A stretch of 64,000 bases of DNA from an uncultured delta proteobacterium (GCA_963804165.1 CAWDPO010000025.1:110786-174785), one strand, 5' to 3'; numbered from the stretch's first letter, positions 41,353 through 52,088 are shown. The notes: generated from the sequence alone by a model not told the origin. Numbers and translations are program-made.

Positions 41353-41585
41353 TTTTACTTACCTTCGTCTTTCCTCGACTGAAAAACGCCGCTCCTTAGC
41401 GGTGGTCACTTGCTCGTCGTGCTCGTGCCGACGTCAATCGTCACGGCACGGAGACATTCTTCGCCTGCGCAAGCTCGGACGCTACGACTGAGCCAACCTG
41501 GTTTGAGGTTTACTCAAAGGCTCTTTGAATCGCCGAGTGGCAACAACCTCTGCACATTCGTGCTTACTTCACGGCCTGATCGAGA

Positions 41586-42437
41586 CTAAGCATCCGCCCC
41601 GACCTTAGGTCGCCACTTATCGAATCTCCTCTCTATCTTGTCGATCATATCTGTAGCGATCATGCCGCTGAGAGCGAAAATTAAGACACCGACAAAAACC
41701 TTGTCGGTCTGGAACGTCGCGCCGGCCACGGTGATCATAAATCCAATGCCCGCAGTAGCGGCATACAGCTCGCCAACCATGACACCAATGAGCGCCCTGC
41801 CGATCGCCAGCCGCAATCCGGTCAGGATAAATGGAACCGTCGACGGCACCACCACGCTCTTAAATATTTGCCACTCCGAAGCGCCAAAGCTTCTCGCGGC
41901 GTTGAGGAGACTGATCGGCGTGGTCTTCACGCCGTCTCGCGTGTTGATGATTAACGGAAATACCGCGCCGAGAAAAATAATGCCGACTTTGGAGAGAATG
42001 CCGATGCCCAACCAGATAATGATCAGGGGCAATAGCGCAACGCGCGGCGTCGCGTTCATCGCGTTGACAAACGGATCACAGATATAGGCGAAGCGCTTGT
42101 ACCAACCGATAGCGATCCCAAACGGGACGCCGACCACGATCGACAGAAAATATCCCCAGCCGAACTCGATGCCGCTAACGCTAAGATCATTCCAGATCTC
42201 TCCCGAGCCGAATAGCTGCACGGCGGCTTTCCAGATGAGCGACGGCGCACTCATAAACATAGGATTAATAAGTTGAAACACATTTCCGACCAGTTCCCAG
42301 ACGAGAAGAAATAGACTTACCGACAGGGTTCCAAGAATCATTTTCTCATGGTTGAGGTAGAACTTATGAAGCTTGGAAGCCTCCGCTACCCTGACGTCCA
42401 ATAGCACTTCTTCGGCAGCCATATTCTGGTCAGCCAT
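41586..42437 (-). CDS. ABC permease (SsuC/TauC family), without adjacent partner genes
   Basis: PRVALLPL..WLGIG, AARSFGAS, GLRLAIG, GIG. Confidence 0.9.
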   Translation of the reverse strand: MADQNMAAEEVLLDVRVAEASKLHKFYLNHEKMILGTLSVSLFLLVWELVGNVFQLINPMFMSAPSLIWKAAVQLFGSGEIWNDLSVSGIEFGWGYFLSIVVGVPFGIAIGWYKRFAYICDPFVNAMNATPRVALLPLIIIWLGIGILSKVGIIFLGAVFPLIINTRDGVKTTPISLLNAARSFGASEWQIFKSVVVPSTVPFILTGLRLAIGRALIGVMVGELYAATAGIGFMITVAGATFQTDKVFVGVLIFALSGMIATDMIDKIERRFDKWRPKVGADA

Positions 42438-42626
42438 AGTCTTGCCCTCCTTTTCTTTGTGTCTTCGTCTTCTGCGGATTTACCATGAGGTCCACCATCA
42501 GCTTTTTTAGATCATCACATGTAACTGCTCGGGGGTTGCCCGCGCGTGGGGTAAAACGCCGCTAGCCGAGGTACCGGAAACAAATTCCACAAATGGGCGT
42601 GGCCACGCGCCGACGTCAAAAAAATC

Positions 42627-42642
42627 CGCAAGACATATGCCA
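42627..42642 (-). promoter_or_regulatory. Sigma54-type promoter upstream of the ABC permease
   Basis: TTTTGGCATATGTCTTGCG on the minus strand. Confidence 0.6.
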
Positions 42643-43147
42643 AAACGCGATCAAGGACTCTAGTCAGCTGGAAGGGACGCAATATCAGCAAGTTTTCAAC
42701 CCGTGGCGTTGCTCGAAAAGTGGCAGCTAAAAGCCCGTATCGTTGAGTTGTAGGATTTTCCCGATTATCCGATTATCAAAAATCCATACAGATGTGTGCC
42801 GCAAGCGGCAATTATTTTCGCGGTACCTGTGGACCGTCTTGAGATCACATTTAGCGACGCGTGCACGTGGGCGATGACAACACTACACGGACTCGTTTGG
42901 AAAAAGATTTGCGTTCGATCTCAGTTGAAGCCTGGCCGAATCCTGGGGACGAAATACGCCGTGGGCGATGGCGGGTAACCCGTTAACCAACACGGCAGTC
43001 TTCACTGGACAAGATCTGTTGGTAAAGTTTTTGGCAAGATCGACCTTGCAGGCGGTTTGGTTGAACGTGAGCTCCGTCTGAGATAGCCGGCGGGACGTGA
43101 TGGCGACCACGCTTGTCGGCCAAAATCTGGCGGTGAGGTACGGACGA

Positions 43148-43300
43148 ATGAAGGCTTCATCTGAGATTGTCTCGTATTACGAGCGCTTTCCGGAAGAGTC
43201 ACGTCTGCAAGTGGGGCGCGTTTCGCTTGGAGTTCGAGCGCACGAAAGAGATTCTTTCGCGCGTGCTGCCGAAGCCGCCGGCTCGCCTCATCGACGATTG
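43148..43300 (+). pseudogene. Truncated class I SAM-methyltransferase N-terminus
   Basis: EIVSYYERFPEESRL, then after a frameshift RLEFERTKEILSRVLPKPPARLID; ends where the DxGxGxG motif would start. Confidence 0.6.
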
Positions 43301-44082
43301 TACGCAAAGTTTAAGATGCGCGCGGCAAGTGCAACGAGTCGAATTCTGACGCCAAAGTTTCTGCCGGTCTGGTCCTTCCCACCTTTCGCCCGCAACGGAA
43401 AATAACACTCGATTCTCATACGTAATCTCGATTTAAGCATGGTTCAGTCCATTCCCGGGCTCGCCTGACCGAGGTCTGCACGAGACTGGCTGGGGTCAGG
43501 AGTGGGATGACCGCCAAGGCACCCCAAATCAGTAGAGTTTTTTGTGCAAATGAATCTGAACCGAACCCCGATTCAAAGGATCCGACCCGTTCAGGAACCG
43601 CCGATGGTGGACCCCGGCTCTCTGGCGTGAGCGTGGGCCCGGCGATAATAGTTTTTAAAGTTGTTCAATATTAGACAGAAATCCTGGCCGAGTTAGCATA
43701 CCAGTAAATCCAAAAGGAAGAGGTGCCCCGAAATCTCGGATCAACAAAATGTTCAGCGATTTCAACTCCAATGCTGAGACAGAGGCAACGATGAGAAAAT
43801 AGACATGCTGAAAAAATCTGTTCAGATCATCGACCCCTTTCAGCACCGAGAAGAAGTATACGCAAGCGATATCTTAAAGACATATGAATTTGGGGAAGGA
43901 TGATGGACTCAAGACAGAGTTTAGTGTACGCGTTGTCTTGGGTCTGGGCTTCGGTGACAAAACTACCGAAGGCCGAACCAAGGAATTGGCGCGTAAAGGT
44001 TGAGTTCCACTAATTTAAACGCTGGATAGCATGTGACCGCGTGTGTGCCTGAGTTTAAGATAAAATCCCGACTGGACAATCC

Positions 44083-44913
44083 GTGAACGTAACTAGAGGC
44101 GAAATAACCGTCGGTAGGTTCCTGATTCCATACCGGCTCTTTGGTCAAGGTAGCCGAATCTTGGTCTGTGTGAACGGTGCCCAGCAAACCATGGCAGCAT
44201 GGAGACCTGTCGTAAACTATTTTTCAGAGGATTACAGGTTGTTGCTCTTCGATTTTCCCGGTCAGGGACGAGCTCAAATCATCTCTGGTTCTGCCGTTGT
44301 TACCTTGGATGAGCAGGTCGAGGTCTTACATCAAGTTCTAGCAGCACAAAATGCCCCTGAAAAATCGATCGTTGCCGGCGCCTCTTGGGGCGGGGTCGTG
44401 GTTGCAGCTTTTGCTTCGCGCTTTCCTCACTTGGTGGACAAAATTATATTGGCCAGTTTTGGCATCCGGGTAAACGAAAAGTTGGTGCAGGCGATTCGAG
44501 AAGGCCAACAATTGAATGGAACTGCAACCGGGGAACAGGTGGCCGACGTCATCATCAAGTACTTCGGACAGCATCTAAACGAAACCTTCAAAAAGAGACT
44601 CTATGATCAATTTAAAAATATCAAAAAGGAGCATCTAGAGAATTTTCATGCGCATGGCCAGGTACTCAAGACGACCAAGCATATCAACGAAGTTGTCGAC
44701 CTGCGTAGCATCAAAGCGCAAACACTCATCATCAATGGCGAAATGGATACCGTCATGGATTTCGACGATATTACGCTTGCGGCGGCCCAGATAGCGAATT
44801 GCGTGGTGAAAATCGTGCCGGGTGTGGGGCATTTCTTGCACAATGAGAGCGAGGATGTCCTGAGCATTTATAGAGATTTTCTTTCGATACCGTCCGAGCG
44901 CCAACTGAGCTAG
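44083..44913 (+). CDS. Alpha/beta hydrolase resembling RhlA/PhaG
   Basis: VNGAQQT, LFDFP, ASWGG, INGEMD, GVGHFLHNES. Confidence 0.75.
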   Translation: MNVTRGEITVGRFLIPYRLFGQGSRILVCVNGAQQTMAAWRPVVNYFSEDYRLLLFDFPGQGRAQIISGSAVVTLDEQVEVLHQVLAAQNAPEKSIVAGASWGGVVVAAFASRFPHLVDKIILASFGIRVNEKLVQAIREGQQLNGTATGEQVADVIIKYFGQHLNETFKKRLYDQFKNIKKEHLENFHAHGQVLKTTKHINEVVDLRSIKAQTLIINGEMDTVMDFDDITLAAAQIANCVVKIVPGVGHFLHNESEDVLSIYRDFLSIPSERQLS

Positions 44914-45084
44914 CTTTATTTATTTCTTGAAATTGTAGGTTAGGAAAAGCCGCGGTCGGATCTTCTCGGAGCTCACCCGAGCTTGCAACCAAACCGTCAG
45001 GTTTCTGCTGATTCCTTTCGACGTAGCGCAGAGTAAGTCGATACTCATAGGGCTTTCTTCCCGTCTCAGTCCTTTCCACATACG

Positions 45085-47073
45085 TCACTCTTGCACCGAG
45101 AATCCTGGCCAGGTCCGGTCTCGGATGGCAAAGGCGGCATCCGTTACAACCGGATTTTCCACGAACAGGTAATGCAGCGCTTGCATGCCCAATACGATTC
45201 CAGCGAGAGTGTCGATCAAAATAAAGGCCCGCTTCGGCAGCCATTTCCAATACTGGAGCACGTGGCGAATAAATGCCGGGCGGAATAAGCCTGTGGAGCG
45301 CAGGCGTTCAGGCGATAAAAATTCACGGAAGAGCCGCGTTCCCTCGGCCGTTTGCGAGAAGCTAAGCCAGTTGGGCGAAAGAAAAGGATACTTGTGGGTG
45401 CCGGCCACGACCGGCGGAAGCAGATCGGCGAAGGCTGCGCGCAACAAAAGTTTTTCCATTAACGCGTCGATATCCATGAAATGTGACGGTGCCACGGTGG
45501 ATGCGAACTCGATTAAATCGCGGTCGAGGAAAGGCGTCCGGCATTCAACTGAATTGGCCATTTCAACCCGGTCGCCGAGACAGGGAATAATGTAACTGAC
45601 CAGTTGGTTGAAAGTGATCAGCTTGGTGGCGTTGAAGGGATCGAGTTGAGAAAGCTGTTCCGGCGGAAACTCGGACAGGAAATAGTCGTTGGGAGTCCGA
45701 TAGCTCGCGCGTTCAACGGCTTCGGGAGTGAAGATCCATTTCATGCCGCGGGTGCTGTCGACCGCGCGCATTTGCTGAAAACTGGGATAACCGAAAACGA
45801 GGTCGAGCTTGCGCCAACCGTTACTCCGGTTCCACAGAATGCCTTCCGATGGGGTCTCAAGCTTTTTGAACCGTTTCCAGAGTGCGCGCCCCTGGCGAGC
45901 TTGCTCGCCTCCGGCCAGCAGCATGCGCCAGATTTTTTCTAGTTTAAAGTAAGCGTAGCCGCCGAAGACTTCGTCCGAACCTTCTCCGGTGAGGCAGACC
46001 TTGTAACCCTTGGAGCGTACCAGCCGGGAGAGCACCTGCTTGGCGATGGAATTGGGATTGGCGATCGGCTGTTCAATGTGAAAGATCGTTTTGAGAAAAT
46101 TCTCGGCCAACACGTCATTGCTGCAGTCGATGGCCTCGAACTGGGCGCCGTAATGAGCGGCGGTTTGCCGGGCGGCATCCGTTTCGTCATAGATCGTCTT
46201 GCCGAAGCCGACGCTGAAGGCCTTAAGTTTTGAGGTTCGAGCCGCCGTCAGGCCGCAAACCAATGTGGAGTCCAACCCGCCACTTAGATACGTGCCGACG
46301 GGAACGTCCGCGACCATCCGGCGTTCCACGGCGCGAGTGAATAACCGGCGAACCTCGTCCTTGGCCTCAGCAAAAGAAATGGCGGGATTTGTTTTGAAAG
46401 TCGGCTGCCAGTAGGACACCTCGCGCGAGCGGGCCTCGGATTCGACGATAAGGAAATGTCCCGTGTTCAGATTGTGGATTCCTTCAAAAGAAGAGATCGC
46501 GCGCGGGAACACGCCTAGCAGGGGGCCGACCATGTAGTCCGGGTTGATGCTCCGAGGCACCCGTTTCAGCGCGAAGATCCCCTTGACCTCGGAACTGATC
46601 AGGATTTCCTTTTCGGTTTCCCAATAAAAAAGCGGCTTAACCCCGCAGCGGTCGCGCGCAGCCAAAAGCCGATGATTGCGGGCATCCCATAGGATAAAGG
46701 CGAATTCTCCATTGAGCCGGTGGATAAAATCCATGCCATGCTGCTCGTAGAGATGAACGATAACTTCCGTGTCCGAATGGGTGCGGAAACGGTGGCCCTG
46801 GTCGATCAGTTCTTCGCGCAGCTGTTTGTAGTCGTAAATTTCCCCATTGAAAGTGATGCAGATAGCGCCGTCTTCGTTGTAGAGCGGCTGGTCTCCCTCC
46901 TGGAGGTCGATGATGCTCAGGCGAACATGGCCGAAGGCAAGGGCACCATTGTCGAGCAAGGCATAACCCGCGCCATCCGGTCCGCGGTGGCTGATCGCCG
47001 AACACATCCGCGTGATGTCTTCGCGCTCGGCAGGGCTGCCATCCTTTCTCAGGATCATGTTAATGCCACACAT
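45085..47073 (-). CDS. Asparagine synthase (glutamine-hydrolysing) family amidotransferase
   Basis: MCGI, HRGPD, NGEIY, LSGGLDS, GEGSDEVFGGY, R.PFLD. Confidence 0.9.
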   Translation of the reverse strand: MCGINMILRKDGSPAEREDITRMCSAISHRGPDGAGYALLDNGALAFGHVRLSIIDLQEGDQPLYNEDGAICITFNGEIYDYKQLREELIDQGHRFRTHSDTEVIVHLYEQHGMDFIHRLNGEFAFILWDARNHRLLAARDRCGVKPLFYWETEKEILISSEVKGIFALKRVPRSINPDYMVGPLLGVFPRAISSFEGIHNLNTGHFLIVESEARSREVSYWQPTFKTNPAISFAEAKDEVRRLFTRAVERRMVADVPVGTYLSGGLDSTLVCGLTAARTSKLKAFSVGFGKTIYDETDAARQTAAHYGAQFEAIDCSNDVLAENFLKTIFHIEQPIANPNSIAKQVLSRLVRSKGYKVCLTGEGSDEVFGGYAYFKLEKIWRMLLAGGEQARQGRALWKRFKKLETPSEGILWNRSNGWRKLDLVFGYPSFQQMRAVDSTRGMKWIFTPEAVERASYRTPNDYFLSEFPPEQLSQLDPFNATKLITFNQLVSYIIPCLGDRVEMANSVECRTPFLDRDLIEFASTVAPSHFMDIDALMEKLLLRAAFADLLPPVVAGTHKYPFLSPNWLSFSQTAEGTRLFREFLSPERLRSTGLFRPAFIRHVLQYWKWLPKRAFILIDTLAGIVLGMQALHYLFVENPVVTDAAFAIRDRTWPGFSVQE

Positions 47074-47271
47074 GAGGTACGCCGTTGCTCTTCCGTGAGC
47101 GCCTATAAATTAACAGGCTTTTGTTTACCTATTTGGCCGATGGTCTACAGCTATCACTGACCAGATCTAGCACCATATGTTATAAAGACCCAACTCTCTG
47201 CTGACACCATGGAGTTATATAATTTTGCTTGGACGTCTCTTTCGATCAATCCCGCCGCTTAAGAGCGAATC

Positions 47272-48054
47272 ATGTCCGAGACCATTTTTCTGATTCATGG
47301 AATGTGGGCCGGGCCGTGGTGTTGGGAAAACTACAAACGCGTCTTCGAGCAGCAAGGCTACCAGTGTATTGCAGCAACTTTGCCTTTCCACGACATGGCT
47401 CCGGATGATGTTCCCGATCCTCGCCTGGGCACGAGCAGTCTCCTTGACTACGCCGCAGCCGTGGAACAGGAGATCAAACGAATTGGTTTGACGCCCATCG
47501 TGGTAGGGCATTCTATGGGAGGACTGCTGGCGCAAATACTGGGAAGCCGCGGACTGGCTAAAGCTCTTGTACTGCTATCGCCCTCATCACCAGCGGGAAT
47601 TATGGGCTTGAGGATTTCGGTCATGAAGGGTTTCTGGAGTGCGCAAATCAAATGGGGCTTTTGGAAAAAGCCGATGCGCCAGACATTCGGCGAGGCGACC
47701 TACTCGATGTTGCACCTGTGTCCGGTGAAAGACCAAAAGGAGATCTATGACAGATTCGTCTACGAATCCGGGCGGGCGGCATTCGAGACCGGATACTGGC
47801 TTTTTGACAGACACGGCGCGTCTAGGGTCGACGAATCTAAAGTGACTTGCCCGATGCTGGTTATTGCCGGCGCGCAGGACAGGATCACGCCTGTATCCGT
47901 CGTCCGGCGTGTGGCGAAAAAATACCAGGCTGTCGCCACCTATCGGGAGTTCGCAAATCATGCCCACTGGGTTGTCGCAGAGCCCGGGTGGCAGGAGATC
48001 GCAGAGTATGTGACGGCCTGGATAAAGCAAGTCCTCCCGGCAGGGAGCAAATGA
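47272..48054 (+). CDS. Alpha/beta hydrolase
   Basis: IHGMW, GHSMGG, DRITP, HAHW. Confidence 0.88.
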   Translation: MSETIFLIHGMWAGPWCWENYKRVFEQQGYQCIAATLPFHDMAPDDVPDPRLGTSSLLDYAAAVEQEIKRIGLTPIVVGHSMGGLLAQILGSRGLAKALVLLSPSSPAGIMGLRISVMKGFWSAQIKWGFWKKPMRQTFGEATYSMLHLCPVKDQKEIYDRFVYESGRAAFETGYWLFDRHGASRVDESKVTCPMLVIAGAQDRITPVSVVRRVAKKYQAVATYREFANHAHWVVAEPGWQEIAEYVTAWIKQVLPAGSK

Positions 48055-48378
48055 GACTATCTGCGCATTGGTGTCCAACCACACACTATCGGGGTATTCG
48101 TTTTAGCTGTTTTCACATTGGACTTTACTCGTCGTAGTTCTGGGTCGAACCGGAGTCTGGATTCTACGCAACGCTTAAGATGCGCGAACCAAGCGCAACG
48201 AACGGTTGCCGAATTCCAGTAGCCAGTCGATTTGACCCATCTCGGTTTATTGTTCATTGCGTCCATTGGTTTTGCCAAGCGTGACAGCTATGTCATCAAT
48301 AATGCGTCATTTTGACAATTCCTCCGGGGTTTTCCCGCTTCAAATGAAAATTTTTGCCAAATTCAATCCATCCTGCGG

Positions 48379-48394
48379 TGGCCTACGCCTTGCT
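48379..48394 (+). promoter_or_regulatory. Sigma54-type promoter upstream of the small ORF
   Basis: TGGCCTACGCCTTGCT (GG-N10-GC). Confidence 0.5.
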
Positions 48395-48442
48395 TTATCG
48401 AAAACGTAAAGAGGACGCCATCGTCTCTCCAGGAGGGCCAAG

Positions 48443-48616
48443 ATGTCTGAAGAAGTTATTTTAATGTTGCTGATTCTGTTCTGCATGGTCGGCGGGACGC
48501 GGCTAGCGATGGCTTTTGTGGAGAGCTTTAAGAAACGTCGAGTACAACGTCGCGTGGAGCAGGGGATTGCAGAATACCTGGCGAGATTTGGTCCGCACTT
48601 TGGAACGCGAAAATGA
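48443..48616 (+). CDS. Small 57-aa single-TM protein (below the ORF-track cutoff)
   Basis: AGGAGG RBS; MSEEVILMLLILFCMVGGTRLAMAFVESFKKRRVQRRVEQGIAEYLARFGPHFGTRK. Confidence 0.6.
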   Translation: MSEEVILMLLILFCMVGGTRLAMAFVESFKKRRVQRRVEQGIAEYLARFGPHFGTRK

Positions 48617-48738
48617 AAACTGTCGCAGGCAAGAATTGAGTTAAGTATGCATGCGATTGCGTTGGCGGTTAGGCGCGGGAATCGGATATTGCGCCGCTTG
48701 CCCCGCCCCGATTCCTTTGCGATTTAACCTTGCGCACG

Positions 48739-49437
48739 ATGGCGTTGTTGAATTCAGTCCAAATAGTTCTGTGGTCCATCTGGACACATCTTCTCATCCC
48801 CCACGCCAGCGCGTTCGCGATTTCGATCGTTGTTGGCGCAGTTGCTTATTTCCTCGCAAAAGTTAGAACAAAACGAGAATCGGAAATTCACAAGCTAAAA
48901 GCTCAAGTCGATGATTTGAAGGAAGAATTGAGCTCCACGCTGGCGATGACGGGTACATTGATGATTGACCTAGGCGGGTCTGGACCCTTCACGCTGCCTT
49001 TACTCAATCAGCTCACCTGGCTCGTTCCCGCCGAGGAAGACCAGATCCTAGCGGGATTTCGATCGGAGGATGGCAAGCGAATTTATGCGGGGATCACGTA
49101 CAGTGCCGTCGCGCAACTCATAAACGATCATGGCGCGGCGCCGTTAGCGAAGGCGACACTATCTCCATCGACTTCGGTTGATTTTACGCAGCCGGCCGAT
49201 GCGTACGAACTGCCGTTCCTTTTTCGCTTCGAGGGACACCTTCAACGCGGGCGCGATGTACGAATATTGGTTTTTTCGTCCGAAGACGGACGAAAAATTT
49301 TGTTGCCACTTTCATTTGCAACATACAAACAACTTCTCCTGCGGTCTCGTACCGCCCTGGCATCCTATCGAGAAGAAAAATTGTTGCATGAAATCATTCC
49401 CCGCCATCGGCCGGCTCCGGCGTTCTCTCGGGAGTAA
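48739..49437 (+). CDS. Hypothetical membrane-anchored protein with an internal duplication
   Basis: N-terminal TM, short coiled coil, two F(R/S)SEDG-containing repeats. Confidence 0.65.
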   Translation: MALLNSVQIVLWSIWTHLLIPHASAFAISIVVGAVAYFLAKVRTKRESEIHKLKAQVDDLKEELSSTLAMTGTLMIDLGGSGPFTLPLLNQLTWLVPAEEDQILAGFRSEDGKRIYAGITYSAVAQLINDHGAAPLAKATLSPSTSVDFTQPADAYELPFLFRFEGHLQRGRDVRILVFSSEDGRKILLPLSFATYKQLLLRSRTALASYREEKLLHEIIPRHRPAPAFSRE

Positions 49438-49734
49438 AAAACGGCGCTTATCTTTGCGGAAACTATTTTCCCGCAGGGTGCGTCAGCATGGTCAGGCTGG
49501 CGCTCCAACACTAAACTCCGAATGGGTTAGCTTCCCACGGAGCAACCTTCGGGGGATTCCTTGCGGCTTTACGGGCTTCAATCTAGAGCTTGCCTTGCAG
49601 CCAGTTCGCGGGGCAGGGTGCTTATGACAGTCTGCCAAGCCGCGCTCCGTGCTCACACCAACAGACTTTTTGGTCTTGCGACACAGTGCGATTTGCACCA
49701 GCGGAAACGATGCCGAGACCTATTCCGTTCGTCG

Positions 49735-50295
49735 TCAATCGAAACCCAAGTCGGCGGAAGAGAGGCGCTTATTTGCTTCCGCAAATACCTCCCGGGCGTG
49801 CTCGATGTCGAAGGGGCGCTCTTGAAACGTCAGCGGGTCCCATTCGCTTCGCGACGTGGCGAAGAAATCGCCGCCGTAGACGTGGATCGCTGCCGTGATC
49901 TGACCGAGCGGGTTAGTCACGGAGTGGATGACCGCTTCCCCGAGAGGAATGGTCTCTTTGAGGCTGAGCGTTTTTACAGCGCGTGGAATAAGACCGTTTT
50001 TGTTACGGTGATAGAACGAATTGTCTTCGCGCCCACTGTAAATCCCGATCACGGCCCACATTCGATGATCATGGGGGTACAAAGTCATCCCGGGTCCCCA
50101 CAGGACGTTGAGAATTGTCAATGTGTCGGAACGGTAAAGCGTCTGGATACCCGAAAGTTTCGGCTCTCCCAATGACTCAAGAACTTGCCCCGGTTCACTT
50201 ACTGCTCTCGCGACGATCTCTCGCACCGCGGCGTGCGCGTTTTGTTCTCGAAGGCCATCGCGGCAATCCTGTATAAATCGCTCGGTTTCAAACAT
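49735..50295 (-). CDS. Cupin / cysteine-dioxygenase-like metal-binding protein
   Basis: PHDHRMWAVIGIYSGREDN, IHSVTNP, IHVYGG. Confidence 0.82.
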   Translation of the reverse strand: MFETERFIQDCRDGLREQNAHAAVREIVARAVSEPGQVLESLGEPKLSGIQTLYRSDTLTILNVLWGPGMTLYPHDHRMWAVIGIYSGREDNSFYHRNKNGLIPRAVKTLSLKETIPLGEAVIHSVTNPLGQITAAIHVYGGDFFATSRSEWDPLTFQERPFDIEHAREVFAEANKRLSSADLGFD

Positions 50296-50663
50296 GACAT
50301 GACTCCCTTCGGAGATAAGGAGTAAATGCAGGGTGACGTGACTAGGGATTGTTTATTCGCGCGGCAAGGATGAGTCAAGTCCTCGGGAAATGACAGAACA
50401 CATTGTTATGTCATTTTTGCGTGCCTGGTTCTTTTCCCACATAACGTTACTGAATCTTCGCGCGTCCTCAGGACATTTTTCCACCTCGAGCGCGACGGAG
50501 TGACTCTCTCGAACTTTCCGTTTGCCGCTTTCGCTGATGGGGGTGAGTTCATCACGGCATGGACGTCTTGTTCCAGCGGCGCCAATCGTTCGCAGTCGAT
50601 GGCAAAGCTGGCGTGCTGATCCATTCCGATCACGCCAGTTCAACGCGTCGGTTGTGAACGATC

Positions 50664-51967
50664 TCAACCGTTTGTCTCCCTTGTGTCTTCGTGGTGAGCA
50701 TATTCGCGCGCGCTGGCGATCCAGATAAAAATCACCGACGCGAAGGTCGCGGCCTGGGCGACCCAGAAAGCCTCCCGGTAGCTGCCGGTCCAATCGTATA
50801 GCGCACCGCCGAGCCACGGACCGATGCCCGCGCCGGCACCGATGAATAGCGAAATTGCGCCGATGATCGCGCCGAACGACTTGCCGTGAAAAAGATCCGC
50901 GGCGATGGTCGGATAGAGCGACTGGCGGGACGAAAATCCAACCGCGATAAAAGGCGGGAACAAATAGAGCAACCAGGTTCGGCTGGCGTCGGTGATCATC
51001 GTCAAGATAAAGATACCGGCCATCAACGAGGCCGAGCCGAGCACGTAGGACCATTGGCGGCCGATCCGATCGGCTAACAATCCCATGAGAATCATCGCCG
51101 GCGCGGTAAAGAGTCCGATCGCCCCAAGCCCCAGCGCGGCCAGTTCTTTTGAAAATCCCGCGTCGCTCACGGCGGCGACTTGGTGAATCAGCACCATGTG
51201 CAAGGGAATCGCGCCGGCGAGCACACCGATGGCAAAAGCCCAAAACGGCCAGGTGCGCAACGCTTCCTTTAGGCTCGGGCCGCCTGTGCGCGCCGCTTTT
51301 GCGCGTGACGCCGTCTTCTCCGGCTGCGAGTCGCCGAAGTCGGAATTGAGATTCATCTCTTCCGGCCGCTGACGTTGAAAAAAGTAATTCAACGGCGCAA
51401 CGACGAGCGCCAGGAGAGCGGCGAGAGTGAAATAGGCGGCGCGCCAGCCGTAGGTCGCGATCAACCATTGCGTCCAGGGCACGACGAGAAGAATTCCTAA
51501 ACCGATTCCGGACGCAGCCGCGCCGATGGCCATGCCGCGCTTGCGAACAAACCAGTTGGACAAGAACGTCGCTTGCGAGGTCATGGGCAGCGCGGCGAAG
51601 CCGACACCCATGAAAACGCCCATGCCGAGATAAAACTCCCAAGCCGACTGTGCGAAACCGCTGATGACGAAGCCAGCCGCCATGATGATCGCGCCACCCG
51701 GCAGCACGATGCGCGGACCCAGCCGATCGAGCAGAATGCCGATCAGCGGCGCGGAGAGCGTCCACAGCAACGAACCGAGCATGAGCGCGCCGGACGCCAG
51801 CCGCGGCTCCAGCGAAACTCTTCGATGACCGCGACCAGGAAAACTGCAAACGCATTGCGCGTTCCGAACGCCACGCCGACAGTCAGAAATGCGATGCCGA
51901 TGACGACCCACGGGTAGTAGCGCTGCAGCGCTCGGCTCGGCGTGATGTCGATTTCCGTTATGGACAC
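50664..51967 (-). CDS. MFS transporter (frameshift near 51805)
   Basis: YPWVV..EEFRWSR, then G.LLDRLGPR, NWFVRKRG.A.G, GLLADRIGR. Confidence 0.85.
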
Positions 51968-52088
51968 GATGCTTTTCCTAAGCGCATTTTATCCATCCAG
52001 GCACGTGTATGCGCATGTCGTTTGGGTTCCTCTTGAGTGCGCGATTCAGTCTCCGGCTTGCCCGACAAGTGCGCCAACTGATGTTTTT

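Noticed and set aside
45085-47073. AsnB homologue as a lasso peptide cyclase
   Set aside because: It keeps the N-terminal Cys glutaminase domain, and I saw no B protein, RRE or precursor
50353-51855. Long alternative-frame and antisense ORFs (e.g. 50353-51855, 61414-62532, 23587-24570 extension)
   Set aside because: Arg/Ala-rich shadow ORFs of GC-rich real genes, with no recognisable motifs
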